From contig JBMFMV010000012.1 of NCBI GenBank assembly GCA_049970495.1, forward strand, positions 1 to 33,486: DNA of 33,486 bases. Direction: 5' to 3'. Positions 8,930 to 18,391 of the stretch are shown piece by piece. The notes under the pieces are model-generated. The model did not search any database. It was not told the DNA's origin and worked only from the letters and a program-made list of their open reading frames with translations. Origin of the DNA: a bacterium. GTDB taxonomy: Bacteria > DUMJ01. A program made the position numbers and the translations under genes. Each line of letters starts with the position of its first letter. Position 1 is the stretch's first letter.

Positions 8930-10170
8930 TGAATATTTCTAAAAGAGATGAATTGAGAAAATTAGCAGAATCCGCTATAGATAAGAAGGCGATATATGGT
9001 GAAGATATAAACTTATCTATGTTTGAAGAACCAGAAGAGAAAGAAGTAATAGATGAGCTCTCCAAACTCCCTCCAGAAGTACAAAATATAGCCGCATCTT
9101 CTGGGATAGATATAACAGAGAAAGATAGAGCAGGAAGCTTTGTACAGTTAGATCATAGCGTCATATATCAAAAGATACAATCTGCATACAAAGGGCAGCT
9201 AGAAATTATGGATATAAGAGATGCCTTGGAAAAATATCCAGAATTAGAAGAGTATTGGTGGAAGGCAGTAAGGGTAGATCAAGACAAGTATACTGCTTAT
9301 GCCGAACTTCATCCAGTACATGGATATTTTATTAGGGTATTTCCAGGACAAAAGGTGGATAGGGCCATACAGGCATGCCTACTCCTTCAAGAAAATGCAA
9401 AGATGCAGAATGTCCATAATATTGTCATAATAGAGGAAGGCGCCTCAGCTCAATTAATTACTGGTTGTTCTATTGCTCCAAAGGTAAAAGAAGGGCTTCA
9501 TATAGGGATAAGCGAATTCTATATAAAGAAGGGTGCGAGACTTGTCTTTACTATGATACACAATTGGGCAGAAGGCTTCTATGTAAGACCTAGGACAGGA
9601 ATCATAGTAGAGGATAATGGGACGTATATCAATAACTATGTATTACTAAAGCCTGTCAAGTCTATCCAGTCATTTCCTACTGCAATATTAGAAGGAGAAA
9701 ACTCAAAGGCGGTATTTAACTCTTTAATCTATGGATTAAGAGACTCTAACATAGATATCGGTTCTCGAATTATACTTAGAGGGAGAAATTCTGCTGGAGA
9801 AGCCATATCTAGAGCTATAGTAGCCGATAGATCTAAAATATATGCAAGGGGAACCCTTATAGCTCAAAATAATGATAGTAGAGCACATCTAGACTGTAGA
9901 GGAATACTTTTCTCTAATGAAGGGATGATGTATGCTATACCAGAATTAGTTGCAGATAAGAGTCCTAACAGTATCCTTTCTCATGAAGCAGCTATAGGAC
10001 CTATAGCTGAAGAGGAGATAGAATACTTAATGACTAGAGGCCTTTCAAAAGATGAGGCAGTATCTCTTATAACCCAAGGATTCATGGATGTAAAAATCTT
10101 AGGGTTACCTAAACACTTAGAAGATTATATAAGAAAGATGATTGAACTGACACAAAAGGAATCTATGTAA
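8920..10170 (+). CDS. sufB: SufB/SufD-family Fe-S scaffold (SmsB type)
   Basis: HNIVIIEEGA, HIGISEFY, RAHLDCRG, SHEAAIG and EYLMTRGLSKDEA; ATG at 8920 with GGAAGGTG RBS preferred over GTG at 8911. Confidence 0.88.
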   Translation: MSIVNISKRDELRKLAESAIDKKAIYGEDINLSMFEEPEEKEVIDELSKLPPEVQNIAASSGIDITEKDRAGSFVQLDHSVIYQKIQSAYKGQLEIMDIRDALEKYPELEEYWWKAVRVDQDKYTAYAELHPVHGYFIRVFPGQKVDRAIQACLLLQENAKMQNVHNIVIIEEGASAQLITGCSIAPKVKEGLHIGISEFYIKKGARLVFTMIHNWAEGFYVRPRTGIIVEDNGTYINNYVLLKPVKSIQSFPTAILEGENSKAVFNSLIYGLRDSNIDIGSRIILRGRNSAGEAISRAIVADRSKIYARGTLIAQNNDSRAHLDCRGILFSNEGMMYAIPELVADKSPNSILSHEAAIGPIAEEEIEYLMTRGLSKDEAVSLITQGFMDVKILGLPKHLEDYIRKMIELTQKESM

Positions 10171-10181
10171 GAGGTTAGGCA

Positions 10182-12032
10182 ATGGTTGAAAAAGTTATTA
10201 AAAAGATAAAGGAGAGATATTTTGGAGTTCCTTTTCTTGCCTTAGGACAGACAGTCTTATGGGATGAGCCAACAAAGATTGCCCTAAAATATTGGCTAGA
10301 TAGGCTATACCCAGAGGCAGTCTTGATGTTTGGGGTACATAATACTGACTACTTTGCCAAATCTCCGATAGTCTCAGACAGGGATGAATACATACTGGTT
10401 TCTCATAATGATAACTCTACTAGAGACTTGTGGGCTTCTACTATAGAGATATCTAGGCCCTTTGGAAGCGAAAATCATCCGACTCTACAATTCTTCAGAA
10501 GATGTAATGTGCCGATAGACCATATAGCTCCGATAGAACAAAGGGATAAATTCCTAGATGATATTACTTCTGCTTGGGGTTGGATGGCAGTAGTAAAAAG
10601 TGGAGCTAGGTCTATAGTTGCCTGCGATGTTAAACTTCAAGATGTTCTGGAGAAACTTATAGAACTTATAGAGTGGGGGACGCGTGGAGCAAAGGATCTC
10701 ATAGGAGAAAGACAATGTATAAAAGATTTCTGCGATAGAATTAAAGGATTTATCTTGGATTACGCCAAGGAAAACAAATTTAGTACAATTACAGACCTGT
10801 TTAAGGAATTATATAGATGGTTCTGGCAAGAACTTATAGGGTATGTCCCTCAAGATATAATACTGACATCTTCTTTAGAGCTCTTTAGATTTAATATAGA
10901 AACTTGTAACCTGCCAAGATTTTCTATTATAGAAGGCTTTCTAAATCCATCTACAAGTAACATCTACAAAAGATGTTACGACGAGGTAGTGAAAGACTCT
11001 GGCATATATACTCTAGATCACTTTGGTTATGGAGCTGTACCATTTGACCTAGTGATACCTAAAAAAGAAAGAGGCACTATACTTATACAGCCTAAATCTC
11101 TTATAATAGAGGGGGAAAAGGAGATAAGGGTTCCTTTAGATAATCCCATCACCTCTCTCAAAGATTTAGCAGAGGTTATAGAGAGAAACTTTGGGAAAAA
11201 TGTTGCCATTGTAGGAAAAGCGGTTGCTCTATTGTCTATGATAAGGAGTGAATTTATACCTGTATTCAACGAGAAGGGTTCATTATATTATAACCTTACG
11301 TTCAAGATGGAAAAGATGCTGGAAGAAAACGGTATAAATGCCGAATTCTATCCCATTCTCAGGCTCAAATATAAAACATGGGACTTGATAAGAAACATAG
11401 ATGGAAGGATAACTCTTCCCGATTATATGAGGATAGGGTTTGGGAAAGATGTTATCGAACTTAAGGAATTTAGTAATAGGTGGAGAGAAGTTGTAGATGA
11501 ACAAAATTTCTTCATTTATAATTTAGCCAATATAAGAAAACCAAGAGAGATTATGCAATTTCTAATTAAGATAAGAGGGAAATTATGGGATGAAAAACTG
11601 TCCTTATATAATCAGTTAAAAAAGGAACTTATCTTAAAAAGGATTCCAATAGAGTCAAATTGGCAGAAAGCAAAAGAGATAAAGGACAGGTTAAGAAAGG
11701 CTATAGAGCCTCTAGAAAGAAGGAGATTAAAGGAAGAGTTAAGGAGACTTAAGAACGAAACTTGGAGTATGGAGAAAGCAAAAGAGATAAAAGAGATAAG
11801 AGAAAAATTAAAAGAACTAGAAATAGAAGCAGAAAGGGCTAAGGCAGAGATACTTCGATACTCTTATCTAATCAAAGAAAATCTTCCATATACAAACTAT
11901 AGACCTTCTGCATGGTGGTTTATTGCTATGGATCCCACTAGAAAATGGTTTAAGAGCGTGATAGATAATCTTGAAATATACCTAGAGGGAGAAAGATGCA
12001 AAGATTATTCTTTACAAAGATGCAGTCGGTAG
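10182..12032 (+). CDS. Uncharacterised 616-aa protein; alpha/beta N-terminal region plus long C-terminal coiled coil (BshC-like architecture)
   Basis: Long ORF with GAGG RBS, 11 nt after the smsB stop and overlapping dapF; K/E/R-rich heptad region near the C-terminus. The ORF is secure; function is inferred. Confidence 0.8.
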   Translation: MVEKVIKKIKERYFGVPFLALGQTVLWDEPTKIALKYWLDRLYPEAVLMFGVHNTDYFAKSPIVSDRDEYILVSHNDNSTRDLWASTIEISRPFGSENHPTLQFFRRCNVPIDHIAPIEQRDKFLDDITSAWGWMAVVKSGARSIVACDVKLQDVLEKLIELIEWGTRGAKDLIGERQCIKDFCDRIKGFILDYAKENKFSTITDLFKELYRWFWQELIGYVPQDIILTSSLELFRFNIETCNLPRFSIIEGFLNPSTSNIYKRCYDEVVKDSGIYTLDHFGYGAVPFDLVIPKKERGTILIQPKSLIIEGEKEIRVPLDNPITSLKDLAEVIERNFGKNVAIVGKAVALLSMIRSEFIPVFNEKGSLYYNLTFKMEKMLEENGINAEFYPILRLKYKTWDLIRNIDGRITLPDYMRIGFGKDVIELKEFSNRWREVVDEQNFFIYNLANIRKPREIMQFLIKIRGKLWDEKLSLYNQLKKELILKRIPIESNWQKAKEIKDRLRKAIEPLERRRLKEELRRLKNETWSMEKAKEIKEIREKLKELEIEAERAKAEILRYSYLIKENLPYTNYRPSAWWFIAMDPTRKWFKSVIDNLEIYLEGERCKDYSLQRCSR

Positions 12033-12823
12033 GGAATGACTTTATTGTCATAACTTGGGAAGGGAAAGAGTTAGATTGGAGCCTATTAAGTAGAAGACTA
12101 ACTGATAGACATTTTGGTATTGGTGCAGATGGCTTAATTGTCATTTTGCCTTCTGATGTGGCTGATTACAGGATGCGTATGTTTAATCCAGATGGGACAG
12201 AAGATATGTGTGGGAATGGACTAAGATGTTCTACTAGGGTATTTTGCGAATTAAGACATATAGACAAAAATTTCGTTGAGGTAGAGACCATTAACGGTAT
12301 AAAGGAGGCAGAAATATCAGATAGAAAAGATTGGATTGTAAGAGTAAATTTAGGAAAGCCTTTACTAAAACCAGAAGAGATTCCAACAATATTGGATTTT
12401 TCTCCCATAGTAGATTATCCTATATTGGTTAAATACAGGATATTTAATGCTACTATAGTCTCAATAGGTACTCCTCATACTGTAATATTCTACAAAGACC
12501 TCACCGACGACATATTTGAAAGATACAGTCCACAGATTGAAAATCATCCTTTATTTCCAGAGAGAACAAGTGTAATTTGGGTAACTGGTGAAGACAAGGA
12601 TGAATTAAATATAAGGATATGGGAGAGAGGAGTAGGGGAGACCCTAGGATGTGGGACAGGAGCCTGTGCAGTAGTGGTGGCTAAAGTATTAAGAGGTGAA
12701 GAAAAAACTAATTATAAAGTGACTTCTAAAGGTGGAAGTCTATATATAGAGTGGGAAAATAGAGAAAATATATTTTTGTCTGGGAAAGTGGAAAAGGTAT
12801 TTGAAGGAATAATTTCTATATAA
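11996..12823 (+). CDS. dapF: Diaminopimelate epimerase-family protein with atypical substrate-binding residues
   Basis: FTKMQSVGNDF, DRHFGIGADG, NPDGTEDMCGNG (Cys1) and WERGVGETLGCGTG (Cys2). Confidence 0.85.
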   Translation: MQRLFFTKMQSVGNDFIVITWEGKELDWSLLSRRLTDRHFGIGADGLIVILPSDVADYRMRMFNPDGTEDMCGNGLRCSTRVFCELRHIDKNFVEVETINGIKEAEISDRKDWIVRVNLGKPLLKPEEIPTILDFSPIVDYPILVKYRIFNATIVSIGTPHTVIFYKDLTDDIFERYSPQIENHPLFPERTSVIWVTGEDKDELNIRIWERGVGETLGCGTGACAVVVAKVLRGEEKTNYKVTSKGGSLYIEWENRENIFLSGKVEKVFEGIISI

Positions 12824-12837
12824 TATTGAAAGAGCAA

Positions 12838-12861
12838 AAGTGGGAGCTATAGCTCCCACTT
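12838..12861 (-). terminator. Intrinsic terminator of the minus-strand ABC operon (perfect 24-bp palindrome overlapping the stop codon)
   Basis: AAGTGGGAGCTATAGCTCCCACTT, running into TTTTGCTCTTTT on the minus strand; located between convergent genes. Confidence 0.75.
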
Positions 12862-13653
12862 CCTGTGAATTACTGGAACATCTTCTAAAAGCTTCTTTGT
12901 ATAAGAGTCTTTAGGATTAGATATGATTTCTTCTGCATCTCCAGACTCTACTATCCTTCCATTATTCATTATAAAGAGTCTATCACTAGTGTAATAGGCT
13001 AATCCTATATCATGAGTAATGAACATTATTGACATACCATACCTTTTTCTAAGGTCTAGGAGTAGGTTTAATATACCAGCCCTAGAAGATGCATCTATCA
13101 TAGATGTCGGTTCATCTGCAATAAGGAGTTTAGGTTTTATAACTAATACCCTAGCTAACATTATCCTCTGCTTCTGCCCACCACTTAGCTCATATGGACG
13201 CTTATTTAGAACTTCATCAGGATTTAACCCAACATTTAATAGAGACTCCCTTATTATCTGTTCCTTTTCTTCATTAGATACAGGATTTGGGACAAGTCTA
13301 AATGCATTACTCAAAACCCTTTTTATAGAGTAAAAGATATTAAATGAAGAAAACGGGTCTTGGAATATTGCCTGCACCTCTCTCCAGTAATTTAGTAACT
13401 CTTTACGTGAAGACACATAAGTAATATCTCTATCTCTAAATATTATCCTACCACTTGTAGGAGGTAATAATTTCAATATCAATCTAGCAGTAGTGGTCTT
13501 ACCGCTACCACTCTCCCCCAAAAGGGTAACTATTTCTCCTTCTCTAATAGAAAAAGAAACATTATCTACCGCTTTTACCTGTGACTTACCAGAACCAAAT
13601 ATCTTGGTCAGGTTCTCAACTCTTAAGAGTTCTCTATCTCTAATTTTCTCCAT
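12847..13653 (-). CDS. Oligosaccharide/oligopeptide ABC ATP-binding protein (OppF-like)
   Basis: GESGSGKTT, IFQDPFSSFN, LSGGQKQR, IADEPTSMIDAS and FITHD; ATG at 13653 with GGAGG RBS preferred over 13680. Confidence 0.92.
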   Translation of the reverse strand: MEKIRDRELLRVENLTKIFGSGKSQVKAVDNVSFSIREGEIVTLLGESGSGKTTTARLILKLLPPTSGRIIFRDRDITYVSSRKELLNYWREVQAIFQDPFSSFNIFYSIKRVLSNAFRLVPNPVSNEEKEQIIRESLLNVGLNPDEVLNKRPYELSGGQKQRIMLARVLVIKPKLLIADEPTSMIDASSRAGILNLLLDLRKRYGMSIMFITHDIGLAYYTSDRLFIMNNGRIVESGDAEEIISNPKDSYTKKLLEDVPVIHRKWEL

Positions 13654-14635
13654 CTTTTCCTCCGTACAAGAAACAACCAACCTTATGGTCTGGCTTTATT
13701 TCTATAAGAGATGGAACAGCAGTATTACATACACCTTCTATATAGGAAGGACATCTAGGATGGAATCGACATCCAGAAGGTGGATTTTTCAGATTCGGAG
13801 GAACTCCAGGTATAGCTTCTATCTTCTTTGATTTTATTCCTTTCTCCGGCACTAAAACTGATGACATCAACATCTTACTATAAGGATGTAGTGGATCAAA
13901 GATAATACTTTCCATAGGACCAATCTCTACAATCTTTCCTGCATACATAATAGCTATCCTATCAGCAAAGTGCCTTAGTAGGGGAAGTTCATGAGTTATA
14001 AAGACGACGCTTTTTATAATCTGCCTTCTTAAAAGTTCAACAAGTAACTTTATTACGACCTTCTGACTAGAAACATCCAGGGCAGATGTAGGTTCATCTG
14101 CTATTAATACCTTTGGATTTAATAGGGTTGAGATTACAGTCACTGTCCTCTGCTTCATTCCTCCGCTAAGCTGATGAGGGTAGGCATCTAATATCCTCAG
14201 AGGCAATGATAATGCTTCAAACCTTTCCCTGGCTCTCTGTAAGGCCTCCTCTCTAGATATCTCTGGGAAATGTTCCTTTAACACATCTATCACAAAGTTC
14301 CTAATCCTCAGGGTAGGGTTTAAGGAATTCATAGCCCCTTGAGGAACAATAGATATATATTTACCCTTTATTTCTCTCCTTAAGGTCTCTTTATCAAGAG
14401 TTAGTATGTTAGTCCCATTAGTCCTAACCTCACCATCTATTAAATATAGAGGAGGGATAATTGTAAAGGCAAGAACCGATGCCAGTGTAGACTTTCCACA
14501 GCCAGATTCTCCAGCTATCCCCAAAACCTCTCCTTCTTTGACCTCTATGGAGACACCATCTACAGCTTTAATTTCTTCCCCTTGAACTGTTCTATAATAG
14601 GCTTTTAAGTCAATAGCTGTCAAGAGATTACCCAT
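13640..14635 (-). CDS. Oligosaccharide/oligopeptide ABC ATP-binding protein (OppD-like)
   Basis: GESGCGKST, QGAMNSLNP, LSGGMKQR, HPY and GCRFHPRC. Confidence 0.93.
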   Translation of the reverse strand: MGNLLTAIDLKAYYRTVQGEEIKAVDGVSIEVKEGEVLGIAGESGCGKSTLASVLAFTIIPPLYLIDGEVRTNGTNILTLDKETLRREIKGKYISIVPQGAMNSLNPTLRIRNFVIDVLKEHFPEISREEALQRARERFEALSLPLRILDAYPHQLSGGMKQRTVTVISTLLNPKVLIADEPTSALDVSSQKVVIKLLVELLRRQIIKSVVFITHELPLLRHFADRIAIMYAGKIVEIGPMESIIFDPLHPYSKMLMSSVLVPEKGIKSKKIEAIPGVPPNLKNPPSGCRFHPRCPSYIEGVCNTAVPSLIEIKPDHKVGCFLYGGKDGEN

Positions 14636-14637
14636 CG

Positions 14638-15477
14638 CTAACTCCTTCTCAGTCTAGGATTAAAGACCTCATCCATACCGCTATTCATACTCATAAGAGA
14701 AAAGGTCGTCATAGAAAGGCATATAACAGGTGGAATAAATGCCCACCAGGCTCCAGTTCTTACTGCCTCCCATAGTAAAGCCCAGTGCAACATTACTCCA
14801 AGGGATACGGTCTGAAATGGTCCAAGACCTAGCATGCTTAGAGTAGCCTCATTCAATATCCCACCAGAAAATTGTAGTATAAAGGCCATAAAAATATAAG
14901 AAAACATATATGGAAGTATCTCCCAGATTATCATCTCTACTGAGCTAAATCCACTTATCCTTGCTATATCTATATGCTCCCTTGTCTTTAAGCTAGATGT
15001 TTGAGCCCTAACTGCCCTAGCGGTCCAGGGCCAAGCCGTTACTCCTATAACTAATCCCATCACTAATGCAGACCTAGTTTTGATAGCAATAGAGAGGAGT
15101 ATCAGTATAACTATAGAAGGGATAGTAATAAATACATTAGTTATACCCATCAGTATCTCTTCAACCATTCCACCTTTATAACCTGCTATAGAGCCAATAG
15201 TAACCCCTATACTGGTGGCTATAATACCAGCAGTACACCCAATAAGAAGGGAGGTTCTTGTCCCATACATAAGCTGGGTAAAAACATCCCTACCTAGATT
15301 ATCAGTGCCAAGAATAAATCTATCGGAGGGGGGACTAAAAAGGCCACCAACCATCTGGAATGGATCTTTAGGATTAAGTATTGGGCCTATTAATGCAAAT
15401 GAAAGAATCGCTATAAATAGAATAAAACCTACGATAAATCTTTTAGACCTAAAAAGTAATATAAGTATATCCTTCAT
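14638..15477 (-). CDS. ABC permease (OppC-like)
   Basis: LGTDNLGRDVF, WPWTARAVR, EATLSMLGLG and FNPRLR. Confidence 0.93.
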   Translation of the reverse strand: MKDILILLFRSKRFIVGFILFIAILSFALIGPILNPKDPFQMVGGLFSPPSDRFILGTDNLGRDVFTQLMYGTRTSLLIGCTAGIIATSIGVTIGSIAGYKGGMVEEILMGITNVFITIPSIVILILLSIAIKTRSALVMGLVIGVTAWPWTARAVRAQTSSLKTREHIDIARISGFSSVEMIIWEILPYMFSYIFMAFILQFSGGILNEATLSMLGLGPFQTVSLGVMLHWALLWEAVRTGAWWAFIPPVICLSMTTFSLMSMNSGMDEVFNPRLRRS

Positions 15478-15478
15478 A

Positions 15479-16492
15479 TTATCTCTCCCCTAACTGAACC
15501 GCTCTTATTCGCGGATCTATAAAGCCATATGCTATTTCTACTAAGAAATTCGCAGTCAAAACCGCAACAGTTATTATAAGAGTACAACCTTGAATAAGAG
15601 GATAATCACTCTGCCTTATGGCAGTAAAGAGTAAACTCCCTACCCCAGGATATGAGAAAACAGATTCAGTCACTAGAGCACCGCCCATCATAGTACCAAA
15701 TGCAATCGCTAATCCAGTAATTTGGGGTAGCATTGCATTTCTAAATACGTACCTTATAATTTTCTCATCCCTTACGCCTAAATTCTTTGCATAATTGACA
15801 TAGTCAGAGGTAAGTTCATATATAGACATCTCTCTCATCCCTATAGCCTGTCCACCTATAGCCACTAAAACCATAGAGAGATAAGGAAGTATATAGTGAT
15901 GGATGGCATCAACAATAAATCTCCACGACAATGTAGGTACAGTACCAAAGCTATAACCACCACCCACAGGGAATACACCAAATCTAACAGCTAGAAGATA
16001 GAGAAAGACTATAGCAAGACAGTAGTAGGGGATATTAGAAAATACTAAAGAGAGGGTAAAAGCTACACTATCAAATTTTCCTCCCTTATATGCACTAAAG
16101 GCTCCCAATAAATTACCAAGAATCCATCCCGATAATATTGCAGGGACTTGCAAACCTATGGTCCAAGGTAAGGCTCTCCCTATAAGGTCTTTCACCTTGC
16201 CGGGATATAGCATAAATGATGTTCCAAGATTTAAACGCAATATATTACGCAGATAATTGAAATACTGTACATACAGAGGCCTATCTAGACCGAACTCCCT
16301 CATATACGTAGAGTAAAGTCTCTCTAGAGTATCGCTTGGGACTCCACCAGTAGCCATCTGATTTACTATAACAGAAACAGGATTACCTGGGATGAGTCTT
16401 GGTAAGATAAAATTTAGACTAACTGCAACAAAAAAGGCTAGAACATACCAAATTAATTTTTGGAGTAAGTATCTAGCAAATGGGTTCTTCAT
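15479..16492 (-). CDS. ABC permease (OppB-like)
   Basis: NFILPRLIPGNP, FGLDRPLYVQY, RNAMLPQIT, ESVFSYPGVG and IDPRIR. Confidence 0.93.
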   Translation of the reverse strand: MKNPFARYLLQKLIWYVLAFFVAVSLNFILPRLIPGNPVSVIVNQMATGGVPSDTLERLYSTYMREFGLDRPLYVQYFNYLRNILRLNLGTSFMLYPGKVKDLIGRALPWTIGLQVPAILSGWILGNLLGAFSAYKGGKFDSVAFTLSLVFSNIPYYCLAIVFLYLLAVRFGVFPVGGGYSFGTVPTLSWRFIVDAIHHYILPYLSMVLVAIGGQAIGMREMSIYELTSDYVNYAKNLGVRDEKIIRYVFRNAMLPQITGLAIAFGTMMGGALVTESVFSYPGVGSLLFTAIRQSDYPLIQGCTLIITVAVLTANFLVEIAYGFIDPRIRAVQLGER

Positions 16493-16509
16493 AGTCTCTC
16501 CTTTCTAAC

Positions 16510-16546
16510 AAAAGGGAGGGCAAAAGATACTTTTGCCCTCCCTTTT
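16510..16546 (-). terminator. Intra-operon stem-loop between the SBP and first permease (partial terminator or mRNA stabiliser)
   Basis: 17-bp stem AAAAGGGAGGGCAAAAG / CTTTTGCCCTCCCTTTT with a 3-nt loop. Confidence 0.75.
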
Positions 16547-16563
16547 TAAGTAAAGTTAATCTA

Positions 16564-18288
16564 CTATTCCTTTGGCTTAATGATATAGAAGATTCTGATT
16601 CCCTGAGCAGTATGTAATGGAGAGGCAAGTGGGTTATCTTCATTAGGGAATCCCGTCCAATAAGTCTCGTTATATTCATAGAAGTGCCAAGGTCTATACT
16701 CAAGAGGAATTATAGGTATGTCTTTCATAAAGATCCTATCTAATTCTCTATATATAGCGGCTAGCTTCTTCTCATCTGTTATTTTAGCAGCACCCTCCAG
16801 GAGCGAGCTTGCCTTCTTGTTAGAGTATCTATTAAAGTTCCAGTAAGCTACCTGCCCAATTGGAGGTACCCCTTTAATCTCCATAACTTCAAAGAACCTT
16901 AGCCATGGGTGGGCAGGGGTATATCCACCTGCAGGTGTATTCATAAGAAGGTCAAAGTTACCAGTATTTCTATGATCTGTCCAGACAGGGGCATCTGGAT
17001 ATTGTGTTCTGACATCAATTCCAACAGCTCTTGCACTCTCTGCAACTACCTCTAAACTCGTCATCCAGTCAGTCCAACCGTAAGGGCATTCTGCGATAAA
17101 TGGGCCTAATCTGGTTCCATCTGGTAAGACATAGATTCCATCTGGACCTTTCTTGGCTTTTAGTTGTTTCTCTAAGATTTCTATGGCCTTCTGAGGATCG
17201 TACTTCCATCCATACTTATCAACATCTTCTTGACTGAAGTATTTCTTTTCAGGGACACCTACTGGAATAATTAGACTTGATTTCGCCGGAGGCGAATATC
17301 TAGACATTGCTGTCTCGGCTATTTTTGGATAGTTTATAGCATAGGCTAGAGCCCTTCTCACTAGAGGATTATTTAGTGGCTTCTTATGAATATTTATATA
17401 AAGGGATGGGATAGAGGCTGGTATATGATAGGGTTCCTTCTTATACCAAGTTCCTACTGGAAGCTTCTTTACTTCCCACATCTTCCAAATTTCTGGACAG
17501 AATTGCTGAGAGAAATCTACCTCACCCCTTTCAAAGGCAAGATTTCCTGCGTCATTACTCTTAAATATAGGATGTACTACATATTTAGGTGCGGGTTTTC
17601 CATAGTAAGGTATACCCCAATAGTTATCATCTCTCTGTAGAACTATCTGCTCCGGAGAATAAGCCAAGAGCTTATATGGTCCAGATCCAACAGGTTCGGT
17701 GTTTGGATATTCTAGTAAAGCTCTTTGACTAGTATCTATCTTACTCCATATATGCTGAGGAACAATAAATATCTGACCTAAGAATACTTCAACTCTTTTC
17801 TTATTAGGATTATCTTTGTTTAGTGTCATAACAACTGTAAGGTCATCTTTTGCCTTCACATCAGTAATAAAATTCCAGAACGAAGAAAAGTAAAGAGAGT
17901 ATTTCTTACCAAGCTCTAGGGTGTATACTACATCCTTTGCAGTTAATGGAGTTCCATCTTGCCATTTGGCTCCTTTTCTAAGTTTTACTGTAAGTGTATA
18001 GATAGACCAGTTAAAACTCTCACCAATAAGAGGATCTAGTTTTCCAGTTAACAGATTATAGACAAATAGAGTCTCATATATTAAATAGTGCTGTCCCCTA
18101 TTAGTTGGCCAAGCAGGAGCAGGAGCCATAGGGTTAAAACTAGTTGGTGGTCCCCACTGCATTCCTGCTATATAAAGGGTCTCTTTCCTAGGCAATTGGA
18201 GAGGAGCCTGTGCAAAAGATACACCTAATAAAAGGGCAGTAACAAGAAATACACTTACTAAACTTATTAAACACTTTTTCATCTTCAT
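16564..18288 (-). CDS. Family-5 ABC substrate-binding protein, Thermotoga cello-/oligosaccharide-binding type
   Basis: Signal peptide (MKMKK..hydrophobic..SFA-QA); LPRKETLYIAGMQWGPPTSFNP, YETLFVYN, PVGSGPY and CPYGWTDW resemble sugar-binding Opp-family SBPs. Confidence 0.88.
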   Translation of the reverse strand: MKMKKCLISLVSVFLVTALLLGVSFAQAPLQLPRKETLYIAGMQWGPPTSFNPMAPAPAWPTNRGQHYLIYETLFVYNLLTGKLDPLIGESFNWSIYTLTVKLRKGAKWQDGTPLTAKDVVYTLELGKKYSLYFSSFWNFITDVKAKDDLTVVMTLNKDNPNKKRVEVFLGQIFIVPQHIWSKIDTSQRALLEYPNTEPVGSGPYKLLAYSPEQIVLQRDDNYWGIPYYGKPAPKYVVHPIFKSNDAGNLAFERGEVDFSQQFCPEIWKMWEVKKLPVGTWYKKEPYHIPASIPSLYINIHKKPLNNPLVRRALAYAINYPKIAETAMSRYSPPAKSSLIIPVGVPEKKYFSQEDVDKYGWKYDPQKAIEILEKQLKAKKGPDGIYVLPDGTRLGPFIAECPYGWTDWMTSLEVVAESARAVGIDVRTQYPDAPVWTDHRNTGNFDLLMNTPAGGYTPAHPWLRFFEVMEIKGVPPIGQVAYWNFNRYSNKKASSLLEGAAKITDEKKLAAIYRELDRIFMKDIPIIPLEYRPWHFYEYNETYWTGFPNEDNPLASPLHTAQGIRIFYIIKPKE

Positions 18289-18391
18289 TTGACCTCCTCC
18301 ATTAAAAATTTAAAGTCCTTGAAGAATCTACTTTATACCTACCACTTATTCCCCATCATATCCCTCACCTAAAGCCATCTCACTTCCTCCG

